Translations under genes and position numbers: made by a program | DNA from: Selaginella moellendorffii | Taxonomy: Eukaryota; Plantae; Lycopodiophyta | Direction: 5' to 3' | NCBI RefSeq assembly: GCF_000143415.4 | Contig: NW_003314341.1 | Coordinates: 229,869 to 293,868, forward strand | Length of the DNA: 64,000 nucleotides | In this document: in pieces, positions 1 to 10,037 of the stretch | Numbering within the stretch: the first letter of the stretch is position 1 | Layout: every line of letters begins with the position of its first letter | Notes under the pieces: generated by a model | The model's database searches: none | What the model was told of the DNA's origin: nothing | The model's input: the letters and a program-made list of their open reading frames with translations, nothing else

Positions 1-1862
1 ACTCGTGTTCTAGATCTCAGTCTTGTCTGAACAGCCTCCGCCTCTCTGATCCTGCCAGCAGCAGCATACACGTTAGACAGCAGTGTCAGAGCCGAATTGG
101 CAGCTCTATTTCCTGGATCGAGCTCAACGATGTTCTCGACCGCCCTGGAAGCTCGATCAACATCACTGTATGTCTTGCAAGCTCCCAAAAGTGATCCCCA
201 CTCGACGACTCCCGGCTCAAACGGCATCGACTCAACGAGCTCTTCCGCATCTCTCAAACGACCGGATCTTCCCAGCATGTCCACCATGCAGCAGTAGTGT
301 TCCCGGGACGGAGATAGGCTGCTGCGCTCCACTGACGAAGAAGCCTTCAAGCGGCCAAAGTAGCTCAAGCCTTGCTCGCTCAATCCGCCATGGCTGCAAG
401 CGTTGAGAAGGCTCATGAAGCTCAAGTCATTAGGCTCCAGACCGACGAGCTCCAACTCTCGAAACAGCTCTAGAGTTTTCGAGCCTTGGCCAGCGGAATC
501 CGAGTAGCTCTCCATCATCGCATTCCACGACACGAGGCTTCTCTCCGGCATGGCACCGAAGACGCTGTCGGCCCGCTCGAGTCGTCCACACTTGGCATTG
601 GCAGTCACCATAGCCGTCCACGACACAACGTTATGCTCGGGCATCGCCCAGAAGATGTGCTCCGCCCCATCAAGCTCGCGGTTGTCGGCATAAGCCTGGA
701 GCATTGCGTTCCACGACACGACATTCTTGTCGCTCTCCGGCAATGTCGCAAACAAGATCTTGGCCTCGTCCAGGTGGCCGTGTCGGGCATAGGCACTAAT
801 CATGGCGTTCCACGTCACCGTGTTCCCGTCCCTCACCATTTCAAATGCGTTTCGCGCCTCTTCCAGGTGGCCGGCGTTGCCGTACGCCACGAGCATGGCC
901 GTCCACGTCACTGCGTTAGGGTTGGGCATTTCGTGGAGGAGCGCTCTCGCGGCGTGGAGGCTCCCAGCCTCCACATAGGCGCTGATCATCACATTCCAGC
1001 ACACGGGATCTTTTCGAGGGATCTTGTCGAAGATGTTCCTTGCAGAGAGCAAATCTCCGGCGCGGGCGTAGGCAGTGACCATGGACGTCCAGCAGACGAG
1101 ATTGGGGCGATGGATGAGCTTGAACAGCTCGATCGCTCGCTGGAGCTGGGCCTTTTGCGCGAATGCTGCCAGGAGGATGCTGTAGGAGATGAGATCCGGA
1201 TTGGGCATGGCATCAAACGTGGACTTTGCGCGATCCAGCTGGCCTTGCTGTGCAAAGGCGAGGATCATCGCGTTCCAGGACACGGCGTCACGGCCGGGCA
1301 TTGCGGCAAAGATCCACACACATTCGTCCAAGTGGCCTGATGTGGCATACCCGGTCAGGAGTGCGTTCCAAGTCACCGTGTTCTTGTGGGGCATCTTGTC
1401 AAAGAGCTCTTGCGCCTGCTCCATTTCCCCCCTTTTGGCATGCGCAGTAAGCATGGCAGTCCAGGAGATGACATTCTTGTGGGGCATCAAATCGAAGATT
1501 CTTCTAGCTTCTCGAATGCGGCCTCTGCTGGCATATGCCTTGATCATTGTGTTCCAGGCGGCGGTGTCTCTCTCCGGCATTGTGTGGAACGCATTCTCGA
1601 CCTGCTCCAGATGCCCATTAGCGGCATACGCTTGCATGAGAATTGTCCAGGAGAAGACGTTTGGTTCTTGGATTTCATCGAAGACGCGGCGCGCGTCCTT
1701 GGCGCTGCCGCATTTGCCGTACATGTGAGCGCACAGATTGGCCAGGTACGTGCTGTGGCGCTCGCAACTGCGCCGGAGCCTCGAGTAGAGCTCGTGCGCT
1801 CGGGACAGATCCTTGGAATCGCCACACCGCCTGATGAGGCCGGCGAAGGAGCTCTCATCCAT
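1..1862 (-). CDS. PLS-class pentatricopeptide repeat protein with E domain (3' end runs off the window)
   Basis: Hand translation from ATG 1862 gives MDESSFAGLIRRCGDSKDL...AHMYGKCGS..., then ...EPNDLSFMSLLNACSHGG... and E-motif LTLLSNVYAAAGR at 50-90. All segments checked share one frame. It is probably missing from the ORF track because no stop falls inside the window. Confidence 0.85.
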   Translation of the reverse strand, partial: MDESSFAGLIRRCGDSKDLSRAHELYSRLRRSCERHSTYLANLCAHMYGKCGSAKDARRVFDEIQEPNVFSWTILMQAYAANGHLEQVENAFHTMPERDTAAWNTMIKAYASRGRIREARRIFDLMPHKNVISWTAMLTAHAKRGEMEQAQELFDKMPHKNTVTWNALLTGYATSGHLDECVWIFAAMPGRDAVSWNAMILAFAQQGQLDRAKSTFDAMPNPDLISYSILLAAFAQKAQLQRAIELFKLIHRPNLVCWTSMVTAYARAGDLLSARNIFDKIPRKDPVCWNVMISAYVEAGSLHAARALLHEMPNPNAVTWTAMLVAYGNAGHLEEARNAFEMVRDGNTVTWNAMISAYARHGHLDEAKILFATLPESDKNVVSWNAMLQAYADNRELDGAEHIFWAMPEHNVVSWTAMVTANAKCGRLERADSVFGAMPERSLVSWNAMMESYSDSAGQGSKTLELFRELELVGLEPNDLSFMSLLNACSHGGLSEQGLSYFGRLKASSSVERSSLSPSREHYCCMVDMLGRSGRLRDAEELVESMPFEPGVVEWGSLLGACKTYSDVDRASRAVENIVELDPGNRAANSALTLLSNVYAAAGRIREAEAVQTRLRSRTR

Positions 1863-1918
1863 CGGGGCTTAGGGTTAGAAATGCATGGAAATAGATGGCA
1901 ACCTGGTAGCGGTAGCGC

Positions 1919-3150
1919 ATGAAAGAAGTGGCAATCCATGATCACGGCATGCGCCGCCAAGGGGAGGCATTGCAAGCGTACGTGAGAATGTGGCAGGAAT
2001 CTGAGCGGAGCGGAGGGAGAAGAGCAGCAGCATTTGTATGTCCGGCTTGTTGGTTGTTGCAGTGTGGGGAACTTGATGGAATCAACCACAGGAACGTCGG
2101 GGATAATCGGTGGCTATGCCCAGCACGAACACTGGAGCACAGCCTTGACCCTCTACAGGAAGATGAAATTGGACGTGTCCAGCCCAACGAGGCCACACTC
2201 GCAACTATTCTTGGCGCTTGTTCTTCCGAGGAGTTCCTCCGCGACGGCATGCAAATTCACAGCTCGCTCGTAGGAGGCGAGTTTGAGTCAGCTCCGATCG
2301 TGGACACGGCATCCATCACAATGTGGGAGCTGTGGGAGAGCGGACTGGACAAGCACAGTAGCGGCGATGGAAACCTGAAATGCAATGAGGAGTGGCCCCG
2401 GATCTCTACAGGAGAATTGAGTGTGGAACAAGCGGCTCATCCAAACGACAGAACCCTGTACACGCTTCTGTCCGCCTGTGATCTTGAGTCGGGCAAGAGA
2501 ATCCACGACACCATCCAGGCCAAGGCGAACAATCCGAGCGCGGTCATCCAGACTGCACTGCTCAACATGTATGGCAAGTGTGGAAGCCTGGAGATGGCGA
2601 GAAAGATCTTCGACGATATCCAGCACAAGACGTGGTCTGCTGGAACGCGACGATCGCTGCTGCTGCACAGTCCCAATGCCAGCCTCCGGCTCTACAACGA
2701 AGAAGGGGTCAAGCCCGAGGCAGGCACTTTCGTGAGCCTTTTGGGAGCGTGCTCGAGCTTGGGCCGGTGCACTCCCACATTGTGAGCAGTAGCTTGGATT
2801 CTCTAGCTCCGGTGGCCGTGGCACTCGTCAACATGTATGCCAAATGTGGACGAGTGGAGCTTGCTCGGGGGATCTTTGGTGAGAGCTTGGGCGATTCATG
2901 TAACTCGTGGCACTCAATGCTCTCCCTTTACGCACACCACGGGCATGGTTACCAAGCGCTGGAGCTGTTCAAAGACATGGCCTTGAAAGGTGTCAAGGTG
3001 AGTGAGATGAGTCGCTGCAGCCACTCTGGATTGTTTCCATTAGGCAGGAGCATCCTGATCAACACTGTTGATGGCCACGGTGTTTCTCTGTGTGTGGATC
3101 ATTTTGTGTGCATGGGATGCTGAGGAGCTCATATTAAGCATGCCTTCAAG
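1919..3150 (+). pseudogene. Frameshifted PLS-class PPR pseudogene
   Basis: PPR motifs are spread over several frames: QTALLNMYGKCGSLEMARKIFDDI, QDVVCWNATIAA, ALVNMYAKCGRVELARGIF, YAHHGHGYQALELFKDM, CSHSGL, VDHFVCM, DAEELILSMP. Confidence 0.8.
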
Positions 3151-4333
3151 CCTCATGCGGAACACCTACAGACTTGTATACATGTTAGACTCATTGTTTC
3201 AAGTTGGGTCCGATGGAATGCCCAAATTCCAGCATCTGGCAAGGTACCCTGCCATTTTCAGAGGCAGCGGCGGTATTGGCATGATGGCTGGAGCTCGGCA
3301 GCAATGAGAGGAACATCATGGCAGTGATCAACACCATGCTGCCACCTTTTGACCAAATAGACAGGCCTAACATATCCACAGCAGATATGTTCAAGAGCCA
3401 AACATGTCTAGAGCCAGATATATTCAATGCCTGACATGTCTAGGGCCCGACAAATTCAAGGCTGACATGTAGACATATCCAAGCTTGGCTGATATGGTCA
3501 TCACTAGCCACGTGTCCAAGTATACGTGGTGTGCCAGATGGGATGCCACCTCATACATAACCTGATTGAGAAAGGATAAATGAATATTCTTTAGGAAATT
3601 TTCCAGTACAGCTGGTCCATTTTATCAACTAATTGACCATTCTTACATCAAATAGATAATGGTAAAATTAAATAGCCCTTTAGCTATTACAAGCTAAATT
3701 TATAATAAAGAGTCACTCAATAAATTTGTTATAATTGTCAACTGTAAATTATTATAATTGAATACTTTAGATTATTTTTTGGATTGCTTAAGAAAACCTG
3801 TAATGGTAATGGATAGCTTGGGTAGAAATATCTTACTCTTTGAAAGAGATATCTTACTGCATCTTATTGTGAAAGAGATATCAATGTCTCCTGAGACATT
3901 ATAAATGCCATCCTGGATGTAGAGAGTTAGTCCTTAACAGATTACTAACTGTAAATTACCTTTTTCATTGGAATATCATTGATGCTGTTGTTATTGGCTT
4001 TTGTCATTTTTTTTCAGTTTTCCCCTCATAGTTTTAAAACAAAACTTGAAAACATCCAACTTTTGTCAGGAAATGAGGTGGCAAGACTACAATCACTTAC
4101 CACAACACTAAACTCATAATATACTTGACTCTTACGTCAAAAAACCCATAAAAATTATATATGTTACATGGCAAGAGCAAGTGTACCATGTGTCATCCTC
4201 TCCTAAAAGCCGTCCTGCAGAATCTATACATATAAAGCGATAGTGGGGAGGCTCGCCGGCCGTTGGATCCCAGGCCCGGGCCAGGGTCGGTAGCCATGGT
4301 TGCGCGAGAAATTTTTCTGATGTTTGCTCCCGG

Positions 4334-5063
4334 CCAATGGGAGGCGGCCAAGCCGCATGGGGCGGGAGAAGAAGGCACAGCGACACGTGTGCCAGTGGTG
4401 TCCTGCCCCCGTGCCCGTTCTTCTGAATGCCTCGACTGGCTCGACACCCAGGAGCCAGACTCAGTCCTCTATGTCGCATTCGGCAGCAGCATAGCGAAGC
4501 TTTCGCAGGAGGAATTCGAGGAGCTCGTGCTCGGTTTGGAGGCGAGCAAGGTGCCGTTCTTGCTCACAGTCAGGCCGCCCCAGTTCGTGGACGAGGGCGA
4601 CACGACAGTCCTGGTGAAGAACAGTGACTTCTACAAGAACTTCGTCGAGCGGACCAAGGGACGAGACCTGGTGGTTTCATGGGCGCCGCAGAGAGAAGTT
4701 CTGGCGCACAGGGCAGTGGCTGGATTCGTGAGCCACTGCGGATGGAACTCGGTCCTGGAGAGCGTCTCCAGCGGCGTGCCGATCATCTGCTGGCCTCGGA
4801 TATACGAGGAGGGGCTCAACCGCAAGATCATGGCGGAGAGGTGCCGCATCGGGGTGGAAGTTTCGGACGGGAGGAGCTCCGACGTGTTTGTGAAGCGGGA
4901 GGAGATTGCTGAGGCCATTGCGAGGATCTTTAGCGACAAAGCTCGAAAGGCGAGAGCGAGGGAATTCAGGGACCAATGGGAGGCGGCCAAGCCGCGTGGG
5001 GCGGGAGAAGAAGGCACAGCGACACGTGTGCCAGTGGTGTCCTGCCCCCGTGCCCGTTCTTCT
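4334..5063 (+). repeat. 91-bp direct repeats (4334-4424 and 4973-5063) flanking the UGT fragment
   Basis: CCAATGGGAGGCGGCCAAGCCGC...GTGCCCGTTCTTCT occurs twice, 639 bp apart, with one mismatch seen. Confidence 0.95.
4425..4972 (+). pseudogene. Captured C-terminal fragment of a family-1 UDP-glycosyltransferase inside the Helitron
   Basis: ECLDWLDTQEPDSVLYVAFGS and PSPG box WAPQREVLAHRAVAGFVSHCGWNSVLESVSSGVPIICWPRIYEE. The N-terminal acceptor domain is absent. Confidence 0.9.
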
Positions 5064-5140
5064 TGCCTCGCCCTGGATGCCCTGCAGCAATTGAGCTAAC
5101 GCTTGCTTGCTGGAACGCTTGCTTGCCGGATCAGTGGCAT

Positions 5141-5283
5141 TCGCAGCAATTGTGCTTCTTCCTGCAAAGGTCTGTGTTCACAGTCAGCCCAGCAGCCGCT
5201 AATTTGGCCCCTGGCAATCGCAGCAATTGTGCTTCTTCCTGCAAAGGTCTGTGTTCACAGTCAGCCCAGCAGCCGCTAATTTG
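5141..5283 (+). repeat. Two-copy tandem repeat (77-bp period) in the Helitron 5' region
   Basis: TCGCAGCAATTGTGCTTCTTCCTGCAAAGG...GCCGCTAATTTG starts at 5141 and 5218. Confidence 0.9.
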
Positions 5284-5756
5284 CCCCCAACCCCAACAAT
5301 CTGGATTTTTGTGTGCTGTGAAAATGTGAAATGTCTTCATTTGGGTTTGTGGATGCTATCCAGTGGTAGAGCTGAAGCCAGAGCCAGCCTTCACATCCAG
5401 AACCATCAGAGAGTTTGCAGTCGCTGTCCTTTTGCGAGAGAGAACAAGCCCAAGGTGAGTTCTCTAACTTGCAAACCCCACCCACCTCTCACAGTTGCTC
5501 ACCACGCCCTGGAAAAGGTGTGCCAGTCCTGTGTCTAGGTTTTATTGGTTGCTAGATTAGTCTCTTTTGTTTACAGATTAAGGTGTGTACAGATTGTGCT
5601 CTCATTGTATAGTCTTCGTTTTTATTTTTTTTAAATTTTTTTTCCAGTGTAAGAAGAAGGCGAGTTCTGGCTTTTACGTAGAATCTCTGAAAATTTTAAG
5701 ATAAGTGTTTTGACATTAGATAGGTTATTTCATCTCATTTATCATCCCTAGCAAAT

Positions 5757-8700
5757 ATGCCTCGGCTTCGCGAAGTATTAAGAGGCATACGTCACCATTT
5801 GCCTCCAACTATTGACACTAGCACATATAATCATATTCACAACAACCTTGCATCTGGTAATGAAGAAACTAATCTAGACCTTGAACATGCTAATGCAAAA
5901 ATTACTTCAAATCTCGACAATGCTAATACAAACATAGCATATGCTAATGAAGGTCATACAAATATAAACCTTGAAAATGCTAATGAAACTAATACAAATA
6001 CATGTAATCATCACAGTTATACTATCTATAAATTAGCACATCAAAAGAATTATAATGACCATACAATACAACTGTTTAATATTGGAAATATGTCATCCGT
6101 ATGTGTCTTTTGTGGTGCATTACATTTTGAAAATGAGTCAAGATCAATGTGCTGCCAGAATGGAAAGGTTTCCCTTCCCCAGCTTTCATCTTTACCTACT
6201 ACATTGCGTATGCTTTTTAATGAAAATAGAAACTCCAATTTTAAAATTAACATAAGAAATTTCAACAGTGCTTTGGCTTTTGCATCAATGGGTGCTAATA
6301 TTGATAATTTAAGTGGTAAAGGCCCATATTGCTTTAGAATACATGGTCAAATTTATCACAAAATTGCTTCAGCATATCCTACAGCTAACGTGCCACCATC
6401 ATATGGACAACTTTACATGCTTGACACTTCTGAGGCTACAAATATTAGAAAGCAAAACCCATTCAACACAAATTGTGATTCTAATTTATTATTACAATTA
6501 GATAACTTGCTAAGAATAATAAACCCGTATGCACAAGCTTTTCAAATGATGTATAATCTTGAATCACAAGAACAACATCGCTCAATTTGCAATGGAACCC
6601 CAAAACGTGGTGTTTACATGATTGTTAGAAGTGAAAGTACTAATCTACATTGTTATAATTTGCCACAAACTAATGATGTTGCTATTGTTTTCGCTATTGA
6701 TGAGGGTGAGCCATCTCTTGACAGAGAAATATGCATACATCCATATAACTCACAGCCAATAAAAATCTCTATTCGTAATGAAAATTGTGATCCTATGGTT
6801 TATCCTTTACTTTTACCATTTGGTGATAAAGGTTGGCATGAAAAAATCTATCACAATGAGTCGCATGTAACGCTACTCCAGTACTATGCATATCGATTAT
6901 CTCAACGAGATAGCATTGGCAACTCTTTCCTTTATGATCAATTGCTACATGCTGGGAAACTCACTCAACAATTTATAGTTGATGCTTATGTAAAGGTTGA
7001 ATCTAACAACCTTAATTTCTTTCGCACTCATCAAAAACACTTAAAAGTGGATTACTACACAGGTCTTATGGACTATGTTAGCAACAGAGCTGCTACTAAT
7101 AATGCTGAACCTAGAAAAATTGTAATTTTGCCTTCTACATTTCCTGGTAGCCCACGAGCAATGCAACAACATTATCAAGATGCTATTGCTATTGTCACAC
7201 ATTTTGGAAAACCTGACTTATTTATTACATTTACATGCAACCCAAAGTGGCCTGAAATTGTGCAAAACTTACAGTTGAATGAATCACCTGAGGATCGACC
7301 TGATCTTATTTCAAGAGTTTTCAACTTAAAGCTTAAAGAATTCCTACATGACATAAGTATCAAAGGAATTTTTGGGAAGTGCATCGCATATGTTTATGTT
7401 ATTGAATTCCAGAAAAGAGGTTTGCCTCATTGTCATTTCTTAGCAATGTTATCAAGCGAAGATAAGATAAGAAATCGAGACTCAGTTGATGAATTTGTCA
7501 CTGCACAGTTGCCACACCCACTGTTAGAACCAGAATTGCATAACATAATTATAAATCATATGATACATGGTCCATGTGGTAATTTAAATCCTAGAAGCCC
7601 TTGCATGGAAAATAACAAATGCTCTAAGAATTATCCAAAAGAATTTAATGTTGAAACCATTTATTGTGTTGATGGTTATCCTGATTACTACCGTCCCAAT
7701 AACGGGTGCACTTTCATAAAAAATGGTTGTACTATTGACAACAGATGGGTTGTTCCTTATAATAAATACCTTTGTAAGAAATATCAAGCACACATCAATG
7801 TAGAGATCTGTGCTTCTATTAAAAGTATTAAATATTTATTTCAATATGTATACAAAGGTTATGACTGTGCAACATTAGAATTCCTAACTGCATCTGAAGA
7901 ACGAGGGACTTTAAATTGGGACGAAATCTCAAGTTTTGTCGATGCTCGATATATTTCTGCTCCTGAAGCCATGTGGCGTATATTTAAGTTTCATATGCAT
8001 GATAAATCACTAACTATTATACGCCTTCCAGTTCATTTACCCAATTTTCAAAACGTTTATTTCAGACCAGGTCATGAACAAGAAGCACTAGAAAGAGCCA
8101 CTCAAAATGGAACAATGCTTACACAATGGTTCAATTTAAACATGCAAGATACTAATGCAAGGCAATATACATATGCTCAAATTCCATTATATTACACATA
8201 TAACAAATCCTCTCATAGATGGCAATTACGCCAGCGAAAAGCTAAACTCATACCAAGAATGTATTCCATATCTCCTTCTAATAGTGAGTTATACCACTTA
8301 CGGCTTATATTACTCTATAAAAAAGGTGCTATATCATTTGAGGATATATGTACTGTCGAAGGTGTTACTTTCTCCTCTTTTAAACAAGCAGCTATGGCAA
8401 TGGGACTTTTAGCAGATGATTCAGAATGGCAACGCTGCATGCAAGAAGCTTCTACTTTTAAAATGCCATCCCAATTAAGACTGTTATTTGTTTTTATTTG
8501 TTTGTATTGTTCACCAAAAGATCCAAATCTATTATGGGATCAATTCAAAATTGATATGTCTGAGGATTATGCTAGAAATGACATAAACTATTTTGACATT
8601 GCTTTAGTCGATATCAATTCAAAATTCCAACTACACAATAAATCTAATTATGATTTTGGTTTACCACTCCCAACTCTTACTCCCATTACCAAACACATGC

Positions 8701-10037
8701 TTAATACAGAGATCCCTGACCCATCACAAGACCAAATAAATGCAAACATAAATCAATTCAGTTATGAACAACGTTATATTTTTGAACTCATTATAAATGC
8801 CATTGATACTAACCAACATCAATGTTTCTTTATTGATGGACCTGGTGGTACTGGAAAAACTTTTCTACTTAATACCATCATTACAGCATTACAATTAAAA
8901 AAAATAAAAGTAATCAGTATGGCATGGACTGGGATTGCAAGCATTTTGCTAAAATATGGTCAAACGGCACATATGACTTTTAAACTTCCTGTTCCTTTAA
9001 ATGAAACTTCTGTCTCTGCTTTAACAATTAATAGTGATGCTGGAAAAACCATTAAACAAGCAAATGTTCTCATATGGGATGAAATTAGTATGGTTCATAC
9101 ACATGCTTTCTCTGTGGTTGATAAATGTTTAAAACATCTCAAATGTAATTCTAAACCATTTGGAGGCGTTATAGTGATTACAAGTGGTGACTTTCGTCAA
9201 ACCCTTCCTGTTGTTCCCCATGGCCATAGAACTTCTATTATTTCAAGCTCAGTTAAAATGAATAGACTATGGTCACTCTTTACAACACTAACATTAACAA
9301 AGAATATGCGTTCAAGTAATCTTTGTTTTTCTGAATGGCTTCTCAAACTTGGCAACGGTGATAGTAGTTTACAGTTGCCATGTCTCCCACCAGATATTAT
9401 CAAAATACCACATGCATTATCTATCACTACATCTGTTGTAAACTTTGTTTTCCCAAATACCGATGATATTACAAATACTTATACAGCTGCATCAAAGGTT
9501 ATTCTCACCCCACTCAATGACGACACATTCAGAATAAATAATGACATTGTTGAAAGACTACCAGGTGATCCATATGTTTATTTGAGCATTGACACAGTTG
9601 ACTCAGATCACCTGGAAGAGTTCCCAATTGAATTCTTAAATTCAATCACCCCATCGGGACTACCACCACACAAATTAATTCTAAAACAAAATGTGATTTT
9701 GATTCTTCTTAGGAACATATCTCCACAAATTGGTTTATGCAATGGCACTCGCCTCATTCTCAAGCAAGCATCTCAAAACGTTTTAGATTGTGAAATTATC
9801 ACGGGACAATTCAAGGGATCGCGAGTTTTTATTCCACGTATTACCCTTACACCTTCTGATGTTGAAATCCCTTTCAAGATGTCTCGAAGACAATTCCCAG
9901 TTCGTCTGGGTTATTGCTTAACTATTTCTAAAGCCCAAGGCCAAACTTTCGACCGTGTTGGCATTTACCTCCCCCAACCTGTTTTCACACATGGTCAACT
10001 TTATGTTGCTCTGTCAAGGTGTAGATCACCTGAATAA
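5757..10037 (+). CDS. Helitron Rep/PIF1-helicase transposase, 1426 aa, intronless, probably with a premature stop near the C-terminus
   Basis: Zn-finger CVFCGA...CCQNGKV; Rep motifs PDLFITFTCNPKW, EFQKRGLPHCH, KYLFQYVYKG; PIF1 motifs DGPGGTGKT, WDEISM, GDFRQTLPV, GLCNGTRL, TISKAQGQT, HGQLYVALSR. Confidence 0.95.
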   Translation: MPRLREVLRGIRHHLPPTIDTSTYNHIHNNLASGNEETNLDLEHANAKITSNLDNANTNIAYANEGHTNINLENANETNTNTCNHHSYTIYKLAHQKNYNDHTIQLFNIGNMSSVCVFCGALHFENESRSMCCQNGKVSLPQLSSLPTTLRMLFNENRNSNFKINIRNFNSALAFASMGANIDNLSGKGPYCFRIHGQIYHKIASAYPTANVPPSYGQLYMLDTSEATNIRKQNPFNTNCDSNLLLQLDNLLRIINPYAQAFQMMYNLESQEQHRSICNGTPKRGVYMIVRSESTNLHCYNLPQTNDVAIVFAIDEGEPSLDREICIHPYNSQPIKISIRNENCDPMVYPLLLPFGDKGWHEKIYHNESHVTLLQYYAYRLSQRDSIGNSFLYDQLLHAGKLTQQFIVDAYVKVESNNLNFFRTHQKHLKVDYYTGLMDYVSNRAATNNAEPRKIVILPSTFPGSPRAMQQHYQDAIAIVTHFGKPDLFITFTCNPKWPEIVQNLQLNESPEDRPDLISRVFNLKLKEFLHDISIKGIFGKCIAYVYVIEFQKRGLPHCHFLAMLSSEDKIRNRDSVDEFVTAQLPHPLLEPELHNIIINHMIHGPCGNLNPRSPCMENNKCSKNYPKEFNVETIYCVDGYPDYYRPNNGCTFIKNGCTIDNRWVVPYNKYLCKKYQAHINVEICASIKSIKYLFQYVYKGYDCATLEFLTASEERGTLNWDEISSFVDARYISAPEAMWRIFKFHMHDKSLTIIRLPVHLPNFQNVYFRPGHEQEALERATQNGTMLTQWFNLNMQDTNARQYTYAQIPLYYTYNKSSHRWQLRQRKAKLIPRMYSISPSNSELYHLRLILLYKKGAISFEDICTVEGVTFSSFKQAAMAMGLLADDSEWQRCMQEASTFKMPSQLRLLFVFICLYCSPKDPNLLWDQFKIDMSEDYARNDINYFDIALVDINSKFQLHNKSNYDFGLPLPTLTPITKHMLNTEIPDPSQDQINANINQFSYEQRYIFELIINAIDTNQHQCFFIDGPGGTGKTFLLNTIITALQLKKIKVISMAWTGIASILLKYGQTAHMTFKLPVPLNETSVSALTINSDAGKTIKQANVLIWDEISMVHTHAFSVVDKCLKHLKCNSKPFGGVIVITSGDFRQTLPVVPHGHRTSIISSSVKMNRLWSLFTTLTLTKNMRSSNLCFSEWLLKLGNGDSSLQLPCLPPDIIKIPHALSITTSVVNFVFPNTDDITNTYTAASKVILTPLNDDTFRINNDIVERLPGDPYVYLSIDTVDSDHLEEFPIEFLNSITPSGLPPHKLILKQNVILILLRNISPQIGLCNGTRLILKQASQNVLDCEIITGQFKGSRVFIPRITLTPSDVEIPFKMSRRQFPVRLGYCLTISKAQGQTFDRVGIYLPQPVFTHGQLYVALSRCRSPE

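Noticed and set aside
83-1922. Several long + strand ORFs (284, 179, 178 aa)
   Set aside because: Antisense shadows of the GC-rich minus-strand PPR gene.
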